From IMG/VR virus record IMGVR_UViG_3300028025_004965, positions 1-32,019 of that record: DNA of 32,019 nt. One strand, written 5' to 3'. Below are positions 1 through 9,268 of this stretch, one piece after another (the stretch's first letter is position 1; each line of letters opens with the position of its first letter). Below the pieces are notes generated by a model, which worked only from the letters and a program-made list of their open reading frames with translations, was not told where the DNA came from and searched no databases. Source of the DNA: a virus. Lineage: Duplodnaviria > Caudoviricetes. The translations under genes were made by a program, and so were the position numbers.

Positions 1-3000
1 CTACCTGCATTAGGTCCTAGAAATATGCCGCTAGATCCGAAGTTAGATGTAGAGGGGTTTGTTGAGTATAAGGCGGTGCCGAAGGTTGCTATTGAGCTAC
101 TAGCTCCTAGCTCACTAACATATGCTAGACCTTTCCAACTGCTGCTATAAGCGTAGAATCTACTATCAGTACTATCAAATACCATGAGCCCCGTAGCGGG
201 GCTAGAAATAGCATTCTTTTGTATGGTAGTCAGTCTAGGCATTAACAACCCTCCAGTAGTCCCTCCTATCTCTAGAGCCGAACTTGCGTCTGGTACTACC
301 GTTCTTATTCCTATCCTTCCGCTTTCCTGAGCCGTTATGCTCGGATTACCAGATGATGTTGAATAGGTATTTACTCCAAACAACACTCCGCCTAAGTTTA
401 TACTATTTGTGGTAGCTGCAGGTAGGCTTATGTTTGTACCTATGATTATGTTGTTGGTTCCTATACTGGCTGTTGTATTACTTGTATACCCTACGTTGTA
501 GCCAAACAGATTTGAGTAGGAAGCTGATGTTGCATTGTATCCTGAATATGGGCCTAATAAATTTGAGTAGGTCGCTCCTCCTGCATATTGCCCAGCCCTT
601 GCTCCGAAAAAATTTGAGTAGGCTGCACTACCGGCAAGGAATCCCGAATTTAAACCAAAGAAATTTGAGTAGGCCGCATTGGTTGCAAACTGTCCCGCAT
701 TGTTCCCAAAGAAGTTTGAATTGTTTGCATTGGTCGCGCTTGTTCCTGCTGATTCCCCAAAAAATATACCGTTCGATGTGCTAAAATTCGCTGTCCCAGG
801 TTTGGTCGAATACAAAGTTGTTCCTGATGTGGCTATAGAGCTACTAGCTGCTATGTCATCAACATACGCTACTCCCCTCCAACTACCGCTATACGCATAG
901 AACCTACTGTCAGTAGTATCGTACAGTATCAGACCTGTAGCGGGGCTGCTTATAGCATTCTTCTGTGTAGTGGTAAGTCTTGGTATCAACAGACCTCCTG
1001 ACACACTGTAGATTTCTAGAGCTGCTGATGGAGTAGCTGTTGATATTGTAGCGCCACCTGCGTTTATCAGAAAGTTGTTGCCGGTAAATTTTGAAATCCA
1101 GTTAACGGTGCTTGAACCGATTTGAAGTTGATTACTGCCTGTTATTGATGGCAATCTTGTACCAGCACCTATTACTACATTATAGCTTCCTGTTTGGCTC
1201 GTATACCCTGCTGAATGGCCTATTGCTGTATTATAACTTCCGCCTGTTTGCATATAGTATAAGCTCCCGTAACCAACAGCTGTATTATATCCACTATTTT
1301 GGGAAGCCCCTAAAGCCGCTTGCCCTACTGCAGTGTTTTCCGTACCGCCATAATAACCGGCACCAGCCCCCACCATTACACTATTCTGACCACCTAAAGT
1401 TCCCGCATTGTAACCTATTGCAGTAGTGTAATTACCGTTTGCGATGAGTGCTTGATAGCCGATAGAGGTGTTATAACTACCTACCGTAACATCTCTTAAC
1501 GTAGCATAGCCTAGGCCTATATTGGCAATTCCGCTAGTGATGCTAGCCATTGAAGACTCTCCAATAGCGATGTTTCTACCATTGCTAGCTGTTCCTAACA
1601 TGCTTCCGCTGCCTGCTCCGTATGATAGGTAGTTCCTAGTAGTGTCTCCTGTGTATATCAGTCCTGATGATGATATGTCATTCATGTAGGCTAGGCCTCT
1701 CCAGGATGAGCTATATGCGTAGAATCTACTGTCTGTAGTGTCATAGACCATGAGCCCCGTAGCGGGGCTAGAAATAGCATTCTTTTGTGTTGATGTGAGA
1801 CGAGGGATTAGGAAGCCGCTAGAAGTGCTGTTCATAGTTAGAATGGAGCTGCTATCTATAGTACCGCTACCTATGGAAGTATTTCCTAGGCTGTCTACTG
1901 TGAACCTTGCCGTATGCGTTCCGGTGTTCTCAGCTGCAGAGTTGGTTCCCATGTTAATTAGTAGCGTGGCTCCTGTGTTTGAGATATAGGGGCTTATTCT
2001 CAACGCCTCATGCTTACCGTCTGTTATACTGCTTCCGAAAGTTTGGTATAATCCTAGTCCTGTTCCGGTTGCCCCTAGCTGGTTAGTAATGCTTCCTACA
2101 AATCTAAACTCGGTCGTGTTTCCCCCTGAGAATGTGTTACTCCCTTTGAAAGTTACACTCCTGTTTGTTCCTAAGTCTGATGACAGGCCTAGAGTTATTG
2201 AATGTTGTCCCCCGGCATCATCTGTTCCCACTAGCCTAAGACCACTTGTGGTTTGATTTGACCCTCCCACATACCCCGTAGATATATTCCAGGTGTTTGT
2301 ATTTCCATCATAATACCCACTTCTAATATAGCCATATCCTGCTGATGCGGTCCCATTATAGTTGACAGTGGTGAATACTCCACCGGTACTATCGTTCATA
2401 TGGAATAGGCTAAGGGGTTGTCTCCCATTAGGGAACATCATTATCCTTCCTGATGATGATATACTCATCCTCTCCACTCCATTAGTCCTGATACTTAGGC
2501 TGCTAGAGTCTGAGGTTCCTACATAGTTGGTTGAAGGGTTAGTTCCACTATTACCTGTCAGAGTCCAACTGTTAGACGAATAGGAGCTAGAAACAGCATT
2601 AGCAGCATACGAAGCCGTCAGAGCATACGATGATGAGGTAGCGGTATCAGCATTTCCAGATATGGAAGCTGACATGTATGATGAATTCACCCACTTCAAC
2701 AGGGTTGAATTGTACACCAATGCCTGACCGCTAGTTGGGGTAAGTATAGCAGTATCGGTCAGGTCTATCAGCCTAGTGGTAGCTGCTGAGCCACCGCCTC
2801 CCGATCCACCGACACTTCTGAATATGCCTCCTGGTCTTATTGAATAGGTCTCTGCGTCTGTGAAGATTCCGTCATTCCTTATGACTACGGCTGCTAGATA
2901 TATAGCATTCTGTTGAGTATTCGCTACCTCATTGAAGGTTTCAAATTCTATGTTAGCGATAGCATCGGTTCTCGTCTCATATGTAGCGTTTCCGTAGTAC

Positions 3001-4427
3001 ACCACTATCCCTTTAGTGGCACTATTTGGATACCAGAATACCCTTTGAATGGACCACTGTCTGTTAGCACCCGTGCCTGGTACCGGAGTAAGCGTTCCGT
3101 TGTTATTGTAGTTTACGGGGTCTATCACGGTATATCCTAGGCTACCGCTAGTATCCAATACAAACTCTGATCCTGATTGATAATACCGGAATATCTTAGA
3201 TACTGTAGTACCTAAGTCTGTAATATAGCTAGGGTTGTTGGGATCGTTTTGGTAGTTACGTCCATCGGAGAACGCTGTTCCACCGCCCACAGTCAGCCCT
3301 AGTGAGCTAGATGGGTATAGAGTGAATCCTGACAGCTTTAGAGGTCCGAAGGCTTTTATGAAATCGTAGGTACGTTGCTTATATCCATATGCCACATTTG
3401 GGTAAGATATAGCCGAATTTACCGTAGCTTTGTTTTGGTGTAGGACCGTTCCTATTGATATGCTAGTGTTGTATTGGCCATCAGTCCATGGAGTGTTGCT
3501 TTGTATTATGCTTCCTGTTGGGTCTATTCCTACAAAGGTTTGGATGGATGCAGTGAGGAAGGTCAGTGACTGGCTCACATAATTATCCCACTTTACATAT
3601 CTTACCGTTGGGTATGGATCATCTGCTATAGATGCGTTCAAGGTCACTACTATACCGCTTCCAGAGCTCATGTTGTAGGTTGTAGCTCCAGGTGTTACTG
3701 ATAATAGCCCTCCATGAAGTAGGCCGGTGTACATGTTGCCCTCTAGCCATCTCAGCCTAGTCCTGTTAGCATACCCGTTACCATTCTGTTCAAAGTACAG
3801 GTCATTTGTAGACTGGTCTACATATACGTATGATGCTGATATTGAGCTATCTATGCTAGCGCTTATCGGAATCATTTTAGTAATCCCTGTATGCTCGATA
3901 TCTCCGTTTATTTTTATAGTGGGGTTCGTATTTCTAGACCCTGATAAATATACACTTCCTGAGAGAGTTGTAATGCCTGTCAGGGATGATACCCCTGCTA
4001 GGTTGTTTAATCCTATAAAGGTGTTTGATCCGCTAGACTGCAGGCTGCCTGATAGTGTGGATGATCCGCTTACTGCCAGGCTGCCTGTTATATCAGCTCC
4101 TGTCTGGCTCACAGTCAGCTTGCCTTGTACTCTTTGAGTGCCTAACACATCTAGCTTATACCCGGTTGGTGCTGTGTTTATACCGACGTTACCACTACTG
4201 CTTACGTTTATAAGACTGCTCCCACTTCTCTCTAACACGAAGGCATTATCGTTTACGCTAACCGTAGCAATCACGCTCCCGGTGGCGATCCTTGAGAAGT
4301 CCCCTACTATGTTTGATGATGTTATACCGAATGCCCCGGTTGCGGAGCCTGAGAAGTCTCCATACACTATAACGGTGTTAAACGTTACATCCCCACCTTC
4401 TCTAGGTATCTTTTTCCATTGCGCCAT
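1..4427 (-). CDS. Large tail-fibre/adhesin-like structural protein, partial (>1475 aa, 3' end outside window)
   Basis: Absent from the ORF track, presumably because there is no stop in the window. ATG at 4427 (MAQWKKIPREGGDVTF...). The same frame reads sensibly where checked: ~2580-2700 (ATSSSYALTASYAANA) and 3-110 (LGASSSIATFGTALYSTNPS...). G/S/T/N-rich, with GNVGI motifs, 17-aa SNFFG repeats and three LxxPRLT..QKNAISSPATGL modules. Lies downstream of neck/tail genes. Confidence 0.85.
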   Translation of the reverse strand, partial: MAQWKKIPREGGDVTFNTVIVYGDFSGSATGAFGITSSNIVGDFSRIATGSVIATVSVNDNAFVLERSGSSLINVSSSGNVGINTAPTGYKLDVLGTQRVQGKLTVSQTGADITGSLAVSGSSTLSGSLQSSGSNTFIGLNNLAGVSSLTGITTLSGSVYLSGSRNTNPTIKINGDIEHTGITKMIPISASIDSSISASYVYVDQSTNDLYFEQNGNGYANRTRLRWLEGNMYTGLLHGGLLSVTPGATTYNMSSGSGIVVTLNASIADDPYPTVRYVKWDNYVSQSLTFLTASIQTFVGIDPTGSIIQSNTPWTDGQYNTSISIGTVLHQNKATVNSAISYPNVAYGYKQRTYDFIKAFGPLKLSGFTLYPSSSLGLTVGGGTAFSDGRNYQNDPNNPSYITDLGTTVSKIFRYYQSGSEFVLDTSGSLGYTVIDPVNYNNNGTLTPVPGTGANRQWSIQRVFWYPNSATKGIVVYYGNATYETRTDAIANIEFETFNEVANTQQNAIYLAAVVIRNDGIFTDAETYSIRPGGIFRSVGGSGGGGSAATTRLIDLTDTAILTPTSGQALVYNSTLLKWVNSSYMSASISGNADTATSSSYALTASYAANAVSSSYSSNSWTLTGNSGTNPSTNYVGTSDSSSLSIRTNGVERMSISSSGRIMMFPNGRQPLSLFHMNDSTGGVFTTVNYNGTASAGYGYIRSGYYDGNTNTWNISTGYVGGSNQTTSGLRLVGTDDAGGQHSITLGLSSDLGTNRSVTFKGSNTFSGGNTTEFRFVGSITNQLGATGTGLGLYQTFGSSITDGKHEALRISPYISNTGATLLINMGTNSAAENTGTHTARFTVDSLGNTSIGSGTIDSSSILTMNSTSSGFLIPRLTSTQKNAISSPATGLMVYDTTDSRFYAYSSSWRGLAYMNDISSSGLIYTGDTTRNYLSYGAGSGSMLGTASNGRNIAIGESSMASITSGIANIGLGYATLRDVTVGSYNTSIGYQALIANGNYTTAIGYNAGTLGGQNSVMVGAGAGYYGGTENTAVGQAALGASQNSGYNTAVGYGSLYYMQTGGSYNTAIGHSAGYTSQTGSYNVVIGAGTRLPSITGSNQLQIGSSTVNWISKFTGNNFLINAGGATISTATPSAALEIYSVSGGLLIPRLTTTQKNAISSPATGLILYDTTDSRFYAYSGSWRGVAYVDDIAASSSIATSGTTLYSTKPGTANFSTSNGIFFGESAGTSATNANNSNFFGNNAGQFATNAAYSNFFGLNSGFLAGSAAYSNFFGARAGQYAGGATYSNLLGPYSGYNATSASYSNLFGYNVGYTSNTTASIGTNNIIIGTNISLPAATTNSINLGGVLFGVNTYSTSSGNPSITAQESGRIGIRTVVPDASSALEIGGTTGGLLMPRLTTIQKNAISSPATGLMVFDSTDSRFYAYSSSWKGLAYVSELGASSSIATFGTALYSTNPSTSNFGSSGIFLGPNAG
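124..1821 (-). repeat. Three dispersed copies of a ~44-aa coding module in the fibre gene (~124-255, ~868-999, ~1690-1821)
   Basis: Each copy reads G(L/F)L(I/M)PRLTxxQKNAISSPATGLxx(Y/F)DxTDSRFYAYSxSW(R/K)G(L/V)AY. Positions 181-222 and 1747-1788 are identical over 42 nt. Confidence 0.9.
505..770 (-). repeat. 51-nt (17-aa) tandem coding repeat, YSNFFGxxAGxxAxxAx
   Basis: tttgagtagg recurs at 511, 562, 613 and 664, with a variant at 715. The period is exactly 51 nt and in frame with the fibre ORF. Confidence 0.9.
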
Positions 4428-4439
4428 TTATATAACTTT

Positions 4440-4688
4440 TTAATATGAATTATCTCCTAAGTCTACAGTCTGGTTGCTACCAGTATCTGCCAGCGTTCCA
4501 AGACCTTGTATGTATACTGAGCCACTGCGAGTACTTGTAGCTACTACAGACTGTGATCCTGACACTATCAAGGCAGGTATGGAGGATGATTGTACGAATG
4601 TACCACTTCCATATACTGACAGTGAGCCTGTGATGCTAACATCCCCAGACCAGTTTTTCTCTATTTGCTTAAATCTTATTAGTGCCAT
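4440..4688 (-). CDS. Small probable virion structural protein (82 aa)
   Basis: Tightly packed between the gp15-like and fibre genes. ITGSLSVYGS/IVSGS beta motifs resemble those of the fibre. Confidence 0.7.
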   Translation of the reverse strand: MALIRFKQIEKNWSGDVSITGSLSVYGSGTFVQSSSIPALIVSGSQSVVATSTRSGSVYIQGLGTLADTGSNQTVDLGDNSY

Positions 4689-4689
4689 C

Positions 4690-5940
4690 TTATGCGAATT
4701 TTCCTACTCCTATTATTTCATCAATGCTGTCAAATCCATACCCAAGCGTTGTTGGGTTTATTGTAAGTACGGTACTGCTTCCGGATTCTGCGAAAGATAT
4801 TATATGCTGACCAGGTACAAATACCCCATTTGCGAAGAAGCTGAAATCCGTTACCGAAGTTGGAGGCAATCCTGCAGAAGTGGGTGGTACCTTAAACGAT
4901 GTGTTGTTGAATGTCGCAGTATCTACAGTCATCACGTCAGCTTTCTTAGGCGTATTGGTATTGATATATGACAGAATATCGGTATTCAATGCCGGGTACT
5001 GGAATGTGTTGTACACCGTTACTCCTTCTGGTATAAATGATGTTGCCGCTAGCGACACGTTCTTTCTCATAGGTAATGCTGTTTTGTTTAGGTCACCACT
5101 AATCGCTTCCATGGTGAATATTACTTGAGTCTTGCTCCGGCTTTTTAAAGAGTTGGCAGCTAACTGCTTGTCTATGTTGTTAGGGGTCAGATACCCGTTC
5201 AATGTCAGGGTGAATATGCAGCTAATCTTCCTGTCCTCACCGTCAGACACTGCCGTGGTTACCGGGAAGCTATCTATGGTGGCTTTGAATTGGAACTTAT
5301 TCGGCACTCCCCAATAGGAATCAGACCGGAAGCCTATTGACTCTATCAGCTTGTTCAGATCCTGTTGGTAGGATACGTAGATGGCGCATGAGTACGTCAC
5401 AGTATAGTAATCCGGTACCACCACATTGTAGAACTCCTTCACCGGAACCCTATTGGTGAGTATTCCGAAGTTGTCGTATTGGTTCTTCTGAGTGTACTTC
5501 TTCTCATACACCTGGTAGACGTTAGCTTTATTACCGTCGAGCTTATTTGTCAAGTCTCTACGCTTCTCCATGTTATCACGTCTCACCGTTATAACGGGAA
5601 ATAGTGCTCTCCCCTCTTTATCCCTGTAGTATCCATCCTTCTGAGCAGATTTCCACTTCTCAGGGTCTGCGTACATCACTGGTATGCTCACAGTAGACCC
5701 CTCGCTGACTACGTAGGGCCGTATCACCTCTTTAAAATAGTATATAACGGCCTCATCAATGTCTTCAATCCCTACTGATACGCTTTTTATATCATCCCCT
5801 CTCACGCTCGTATCATCGCCCCTCTTATACGTATGTATAGACGGTTTGGCAACCCCTTCTGTAAAGACGTTGAGCGCATCATTCAGCTTTTCAGCTTCAT
5901 TTTTGGGACGATTCTTTATGGTTCTTTTTTGAGTAGGCAA
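4690..5940 (-). CDS. gp15: Tail completion/sheath-stabiliser protein, T4 gp15-like, with C-terminal extension (TTG start)
   Basis: IPVMYADPEKW...FPVITVRR and VPDYYTVTYSCAIY...LNKLIESI resemble gp15-family motifs. Follows gp13- and gp14-like genes. Confidence 0.7.
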   Translation of the reverse strand: MPTQKRTIKNRPKNEAEKLNDALNVFTEGVAKPSIHTYKRGDDTSVRGDDIKSVSVGIEDIDEAVIYYFKEVIRPYVVSEGSTVSIPVMYADPEKWKSAQKDGYYRDKEGRALFPVITVRRDNMEKRRDLTNKLDGNKANVYQVYEKKYTQKNQYDNFGILTNRVPVKEFYNVVVPDYYTVTYSCAIYVSYQQDLNKLIESIGFRSDSYWGVPNKFQFKATIDSFPVTTAVSDGEDRKISCIFTLTLNGYLTPNNIDKQLAANSLKSRSKTQVIFTMEAISGDLNKTALPMRKNVSLAATSFIPEGVTVYNTFQYPALNTDILSYINTNTPKKADVMTVDTATFNNTSFKVPPTSAGLPPTSVTDFSFFANGVFVPGQHIISFAESGSSTVLTINPTTLGYGFDSIDEIIGVGKFA

Positions 5941-5941
5941 T

Positions 5942-6430
5942 TTATTTCGATTTTGCGATATTCAGTTTATTAACGTTTGTCAAATGGCTCTTGCATATCA
6001 TGGACCAGGACTCTCCGTACTTAGCTAATCCAGTTTCTAAGGCATATTCAGGGTTCTTACCCATCACTCTCTGATTCTCAATGATTAGATCCACCTCGTA
6101 GTAGGATTCTTGCCAAGATATGATGTCTCCAGCCTCCGGAAGCAGTCCTGCGATTACTAAATCGTCCCTAAGGAACTTGAAGTCTACCTGCTGAGACCGG
6201 CTCTTTCCGTATTCTGCGTCTTCAGACGCCTGATCGGTAACTTGATACAGGCATGTCATCAGTACAGGCTGAAAATACACCTTACTCTTGGACTCACCGT
6301 ACAGATTGTACGAGGTTTCCTTGAGTGACAGCTTATAGTATAGCACTTCCTCAGCTACTATCCTAGCTAGCAACTGTCTACTGTGATGTCTGAATAGAGA
6401 TCTAGCTCTAACGCTTCCAAAAAGGGCCAT
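5942..6430 (-). CDS. gp14: Neck/head-closure protein, T4 gp14-like
   Basis: EVLYYKL...NLYGESKSKVY and LPEAGDIISWQESYYEV resemble gp14-type motifs. Lies between gp13-like and gp15-like genes. Confidence 0.65.
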   Translation of the reverse strand: MALFGSVRARSLFRHHSRQLLARIVAEEVLYYKLSLKETSYNLYGESKSKVYFQPVLMTCLYQVTDQASEDAEYGKSRSQQVDFKFLRDDLVIAGLLPEAGDIISWQESYYEVDLIIENQRVMGKNPEYALETGLAKYGESWSMICKSHLTNVNKLNIAKSK

Positions 6431-6432
6431 TT

Positions 6433-6831
6433 TTAATCTAGTTTTATTAAGGTGTCCTCTTTTGCCTTAGCAGCGACTATCCCCGGTATGAAATCTATGC
6501 CTTTGGCCTTGTCTGAGCCTACCATGGCCTTACGAATGTACTCCACTTGCTTAGAAGGTTCCTCATTCGTTACGAATTTTAACTCGACAGTGCTGTATTC
6601 AAAGTCTGCCAGGCTCCTGTTTATCTTATTCAGTTTCTCATCTCCTCTCAAATCCACAATAGTGACACTTTTTATACCTCGTATTCTCTCTACAGCCTCC
6701 GTTCTATTAATGGATTTTTTGAATTTGACGAGGTAATAGCATGAGTATGTATGGAAAGTATGCTTTATCGTCTCCTTTCTATCATAATCATACTGATCCT
6801 CATTCATTAATATGTCTACTAGCTTTATCAT
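6433..6831 (-). CDS. Hypothetical protein with MIKLxDIL..E leader
   Basis: 132-aa ORF overlapping the gp13 stop (ATGA-type coupling). Leader is shared with genes at 28526, 31021 and 32016. Confidence 0.75.
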   Translation of the reverse strand: MIKLVDILMNEDQYDYDRKETIKHTFHTYSCYYLVKFKKSINRTEAVERIRGIKSVTIVDLRGDEKLNKINRSLADFEYSTVELKFVTNEEPSKQVEYIRKAMVGSDKAKGIDFIPGIVAAKAKEDTLIKLD

Positions 6832-7994
6832 AATATGTAAATAGGCATTGGAAAGTTAACAAATGTGTCTCTCATCTTCGCAGATTCATCAGCTTTCTTC
6901 TCTAATTGCTTCTGCCTAGATGTGTCATCTAAGGTAGCTCTGAGCTGTTCTATCAAAGCAGTCTTCTCATTGTTAGCCTGATCTATCAGCATTTGGCCAT
7001 TTAAGGTTGTTTCAGCGCCTGGAATGGGTATTGATTGGTACACTCCTCTAATGTTGCCTAGAGTCTCTTTACAGAGCGCTAATGCGTAATCGAATATCCA
7101 CTTCTTGTACACGGAGTTTACTTGTGAGTATGTGGTAGTTCCATATGGCACATTGCTGACATTGGTTATCAGATTGGATCTGCTATCCCGGATTACACTG
7201 TTCCTCTCAGACTTCTTTATGTAGTTGAAGAACAGGTTTCTATCGAATGTTGGTATTGGGAATATCCTCAGCTTGTTGTCAATCAATTCAAAGGTGTATG
7301 CGGATTTTCTTATCTGGTCATTGAACTCAATGGCCTGTATCTTAAGCACGTCGAAGTACACCGGCATCAGCATAAAGTTTATACCGGGTGAGAATTGACC
7401 AAAGCCGAAGGTTTCCATAAGAGACTGCAATCCGGTACCTGTTCCTGCATATGGGTCAAAGTATCTAACAATGGCCGGAGGAGCCTCATAAAACACCTTT
7501 TTGATTTCTATTCTATCTCCAGGAGCCAGGCTTATGGATGAACTCGCCCAGGCATCCAAATCATAATACTGTTGGTTGGCTACCATTGGTATAGACCCGG
7601 TATATAGATGAACGTTACCGCCACTACCCACTTCAGAACCGTAGTCAGTAGCTATCCTCAGCATGTTGCCGAAGTTAGGTTGGATTAGGGTGTTGTTCAG
7701 TTGGCTTCCGGTAGTATTGCCTTCCATGGACATGTAGTTCTCACGGATCTTATACTCATACAGCTCTTTGCCGTACACGGTAACAGCATCTTCTAAAGAT
7801 GCATAGAAGTTTATATCCTGTAGCTCGACTTCCATGATAGGATATCCGAGTCTCTGTGCTGCGAATTTTACGAACTTGGGAGCATCGCTTACGAACATTG
7901 CATCAGTATCGTAGTAGCCGAAAGGTGTCGACCCACTAACAGCCACTAACGGTACTGATGCATCGTAATATTGTATCTCTATTTGACCTGCCAT
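6828..7994 (-). CDS. gp13: Neck protein, T4 gp13-like
   Basis: RLGYPIMEVEL, WIFDYALALCKETLG and IPGAETTLNG match the gp13 motifs RLGAP.I.VEL, W..DYA.AL.K..G and LPGG.T.NG. Confidence 0.88.
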   Translation of the reverse strand: MAGQIEIQYYDASVPLVAVSGSTPFGYYDTDAMFVSDAPKFVKFAAQRLGYPIMEVELQDINFYASLEDAVTVYGKELYEYKIRENYMSMEGNTTGSQLNNTLIQPNFGNMLRIATDYGSEVGSGGNVHLYTGSIPMVANQQYYDLDAWASSSISLAPGDRIEIKKVFYEAPPAIVRYFDPYAGTGTGLQSLMETFGFGQFSPGINFMLMPVYFDVLKIQAIEFNDQIRKSAYTFELIDNKLRIFPIPTFDRNLFFNYIKKSERNSVIRDSRSNLITNVSNVPYGTTTYSQVNSVYKKWIFDYALALCKETLGNIRGVYQSIPIPGAETTLNGQMLIDQANNEKTALIEQLRATLDDTSRQKQLEKKADESAKMRDTFVNFPMPIYIL

Positions 7995-8011
7995 TTATAT
8001 GTGTTTACTGA

Positions 8012-8019
8012 TATAAATA
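8012..8019 (-). promoter_or_regulatory. TATTTATA motif upstream of gp13-like gene (putative phage late promoter)
   Basis: Exact octamer 18 nt from the ATG. Recurs upstream of several other genes. Confidence 0.65.
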
Positions 8020-8022
8020 TCA

Positions 8023-9219
8023 TCAGTCCTTGTAATTGTCGTATATCTGTGTGAAGGCTTTATTGACTTCTTCTAAGCAGTCAACAGATAAACACTCTCT
8101 ATACCCAGAAAACCTTTTTTTAGGTAGGTATGAATACTTGCTTAACTGGTCTAAAATAGTATGCTCTCTGTTAACTGCTTCGAATAATGTCATATTCACA
8201 GAATGTATTACTTCTACTTCACACTTTGATAAACTTTTTATGTTAGATATCCGATCAAACAGGCTGATAGATATTCCCACTTTATAGAAAGTCTCTTCAC
8301 TGTTGTGAATTTTCATGAGATATAAAATAGCCGTTTGCTCCTTATACAAAGATTCTCTGTTCTTTGAATTTTTCACATTGTACTTACCCAACTTAGAAGT
8401 CCCACAAAGTTTACATCCATGCCCTCCTATAATATCGTTGGGAGTTTTTGTAAATTCTCCATGCTTTCTGCAAACAAATACACTTTTAGTTTTATTGTTT
8501 TTATATACTGTTTTGGAAAAATCTAAGGAATCTCCCCAAATTTCTACGGCTTTTTTAATAAATGATGGTAAGTCCTGTGATGCGGCTCTGGATATGCTAT
8601 CTGACTTACAATCAGGACATCCTCCATTACTTTTTAGATGATGCTTTGTTTTTTGAGTAAAGTGTTTTTTATGTTCCTTGCAATATATTGATATACTAGA
8701 TTCATGACCATTATAATTGACCATGTCGTATGTAAACTTATCTCCGTGCACTTCTTCAGCTCTTTTTAGGAAGTTTTCTATCTTTACCTGCTTCTCTTTT
8801 TTAAGAAAGTCTACTGTGTGAAACATGTCGCCTCTCTTTGGGTTTTGATACAATAGTTTTTTGGGACATATTTCAAACTCTCCGAAATTAATATGTGTTA
8901 TCCTCACAGGACTATTCATCCCAGAGTATACAAGGCTATCAATATTAAAAATTCCAGGATATAAATTCTCTATTTCCTTTTTAAATTCCTCCTTGCTTTT
9001 CATTCTCTTCGAAGATGCGCTCTCCTTACCACAAAATCTACACCCATACTTACCTGAAATATGGTCATGAGGGGTCTGGTAAAACTCCCCATGGACTTTG
9101 CATTGTATACATACTTTGGTTCTATAGTTTTTGTATACTGATTTTGAGTAGTCGTAAAGATCTCCATGCACGGATACTGCTCTACATATAAAATCTTTTT
9201 GGGTAATTTTAACTGCCAT
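8023..9219 (-). CDS. Putative homing endonuclease: repeated zinc-ribbon (DUF723-like) units plus C-terminal GIY-YIG/T5orf172-like domain
   Basis: Three to four repeats of F..(R/K)A..(V/I)HGD.YDYS...Y......V.I.C..HGEF...P..H..G.GC..C. C-terminal LYLMKI...FYKVGIS...R...EH. Visibly more AT-rich than its neighbours. Confidence 0.75.
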   Translation of the reverse strand: MAVKITQKDFICRAVSVHGDLYDYSKSVYKNYRTKVCIQCKVHGEFYQTPHDHISGKYGCRFCGKESASSKRMKSKEEFKKEIENLYPGIFNIDSLVYSGMNSPVRITHINFGEFEICPKKLLYQNPKRGDMFHTVDFLKKEKQVKIENFLKRAEEVHGDKFTYDMVNYNGHESSISIYCKEHKKHFTQKTKHHLKSNGGCPDCKSDSISRAASQDLPSFIKKAVEIWGDSLDFSKTVYKNNKTKSVFVCRKHGEFTKTPNDIIGGHGCKLCGTSKLGKYNVKNSKNRESLYKEQTAILYLMKIHNSEETFYKVGISISLFDRISNIKSLSKCEVEVIHSVNMTLFEAVNREHTILDQLSKYSYLPKKRFSGYRECLSVDCLEEVNKAFTQIYDNYKD

Positions 9220-9236
9220 TATATGATATCATTTGA

Positions 9237-9244
9237 TATAAATA
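9237..9244 (-). promoter_or_regulatory. TATTTATA motif upstream of the 398-aa endonuclease-like gene
   Basis: Exact octamer 18 nt from the ATG at 9219. Confidence 0.65.
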
Positions 9245-9268
9245 TACGAATTTTAAAATTATCCCCCA

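Noticed and set aside
505-770. Regularly spaced aatttgagtagg repeats resembling a CRISPR array
   Set aside because: The repeat is only ~12 nt, the period is exactly 17 codons, and it lies in frame inside the fibre ORF.
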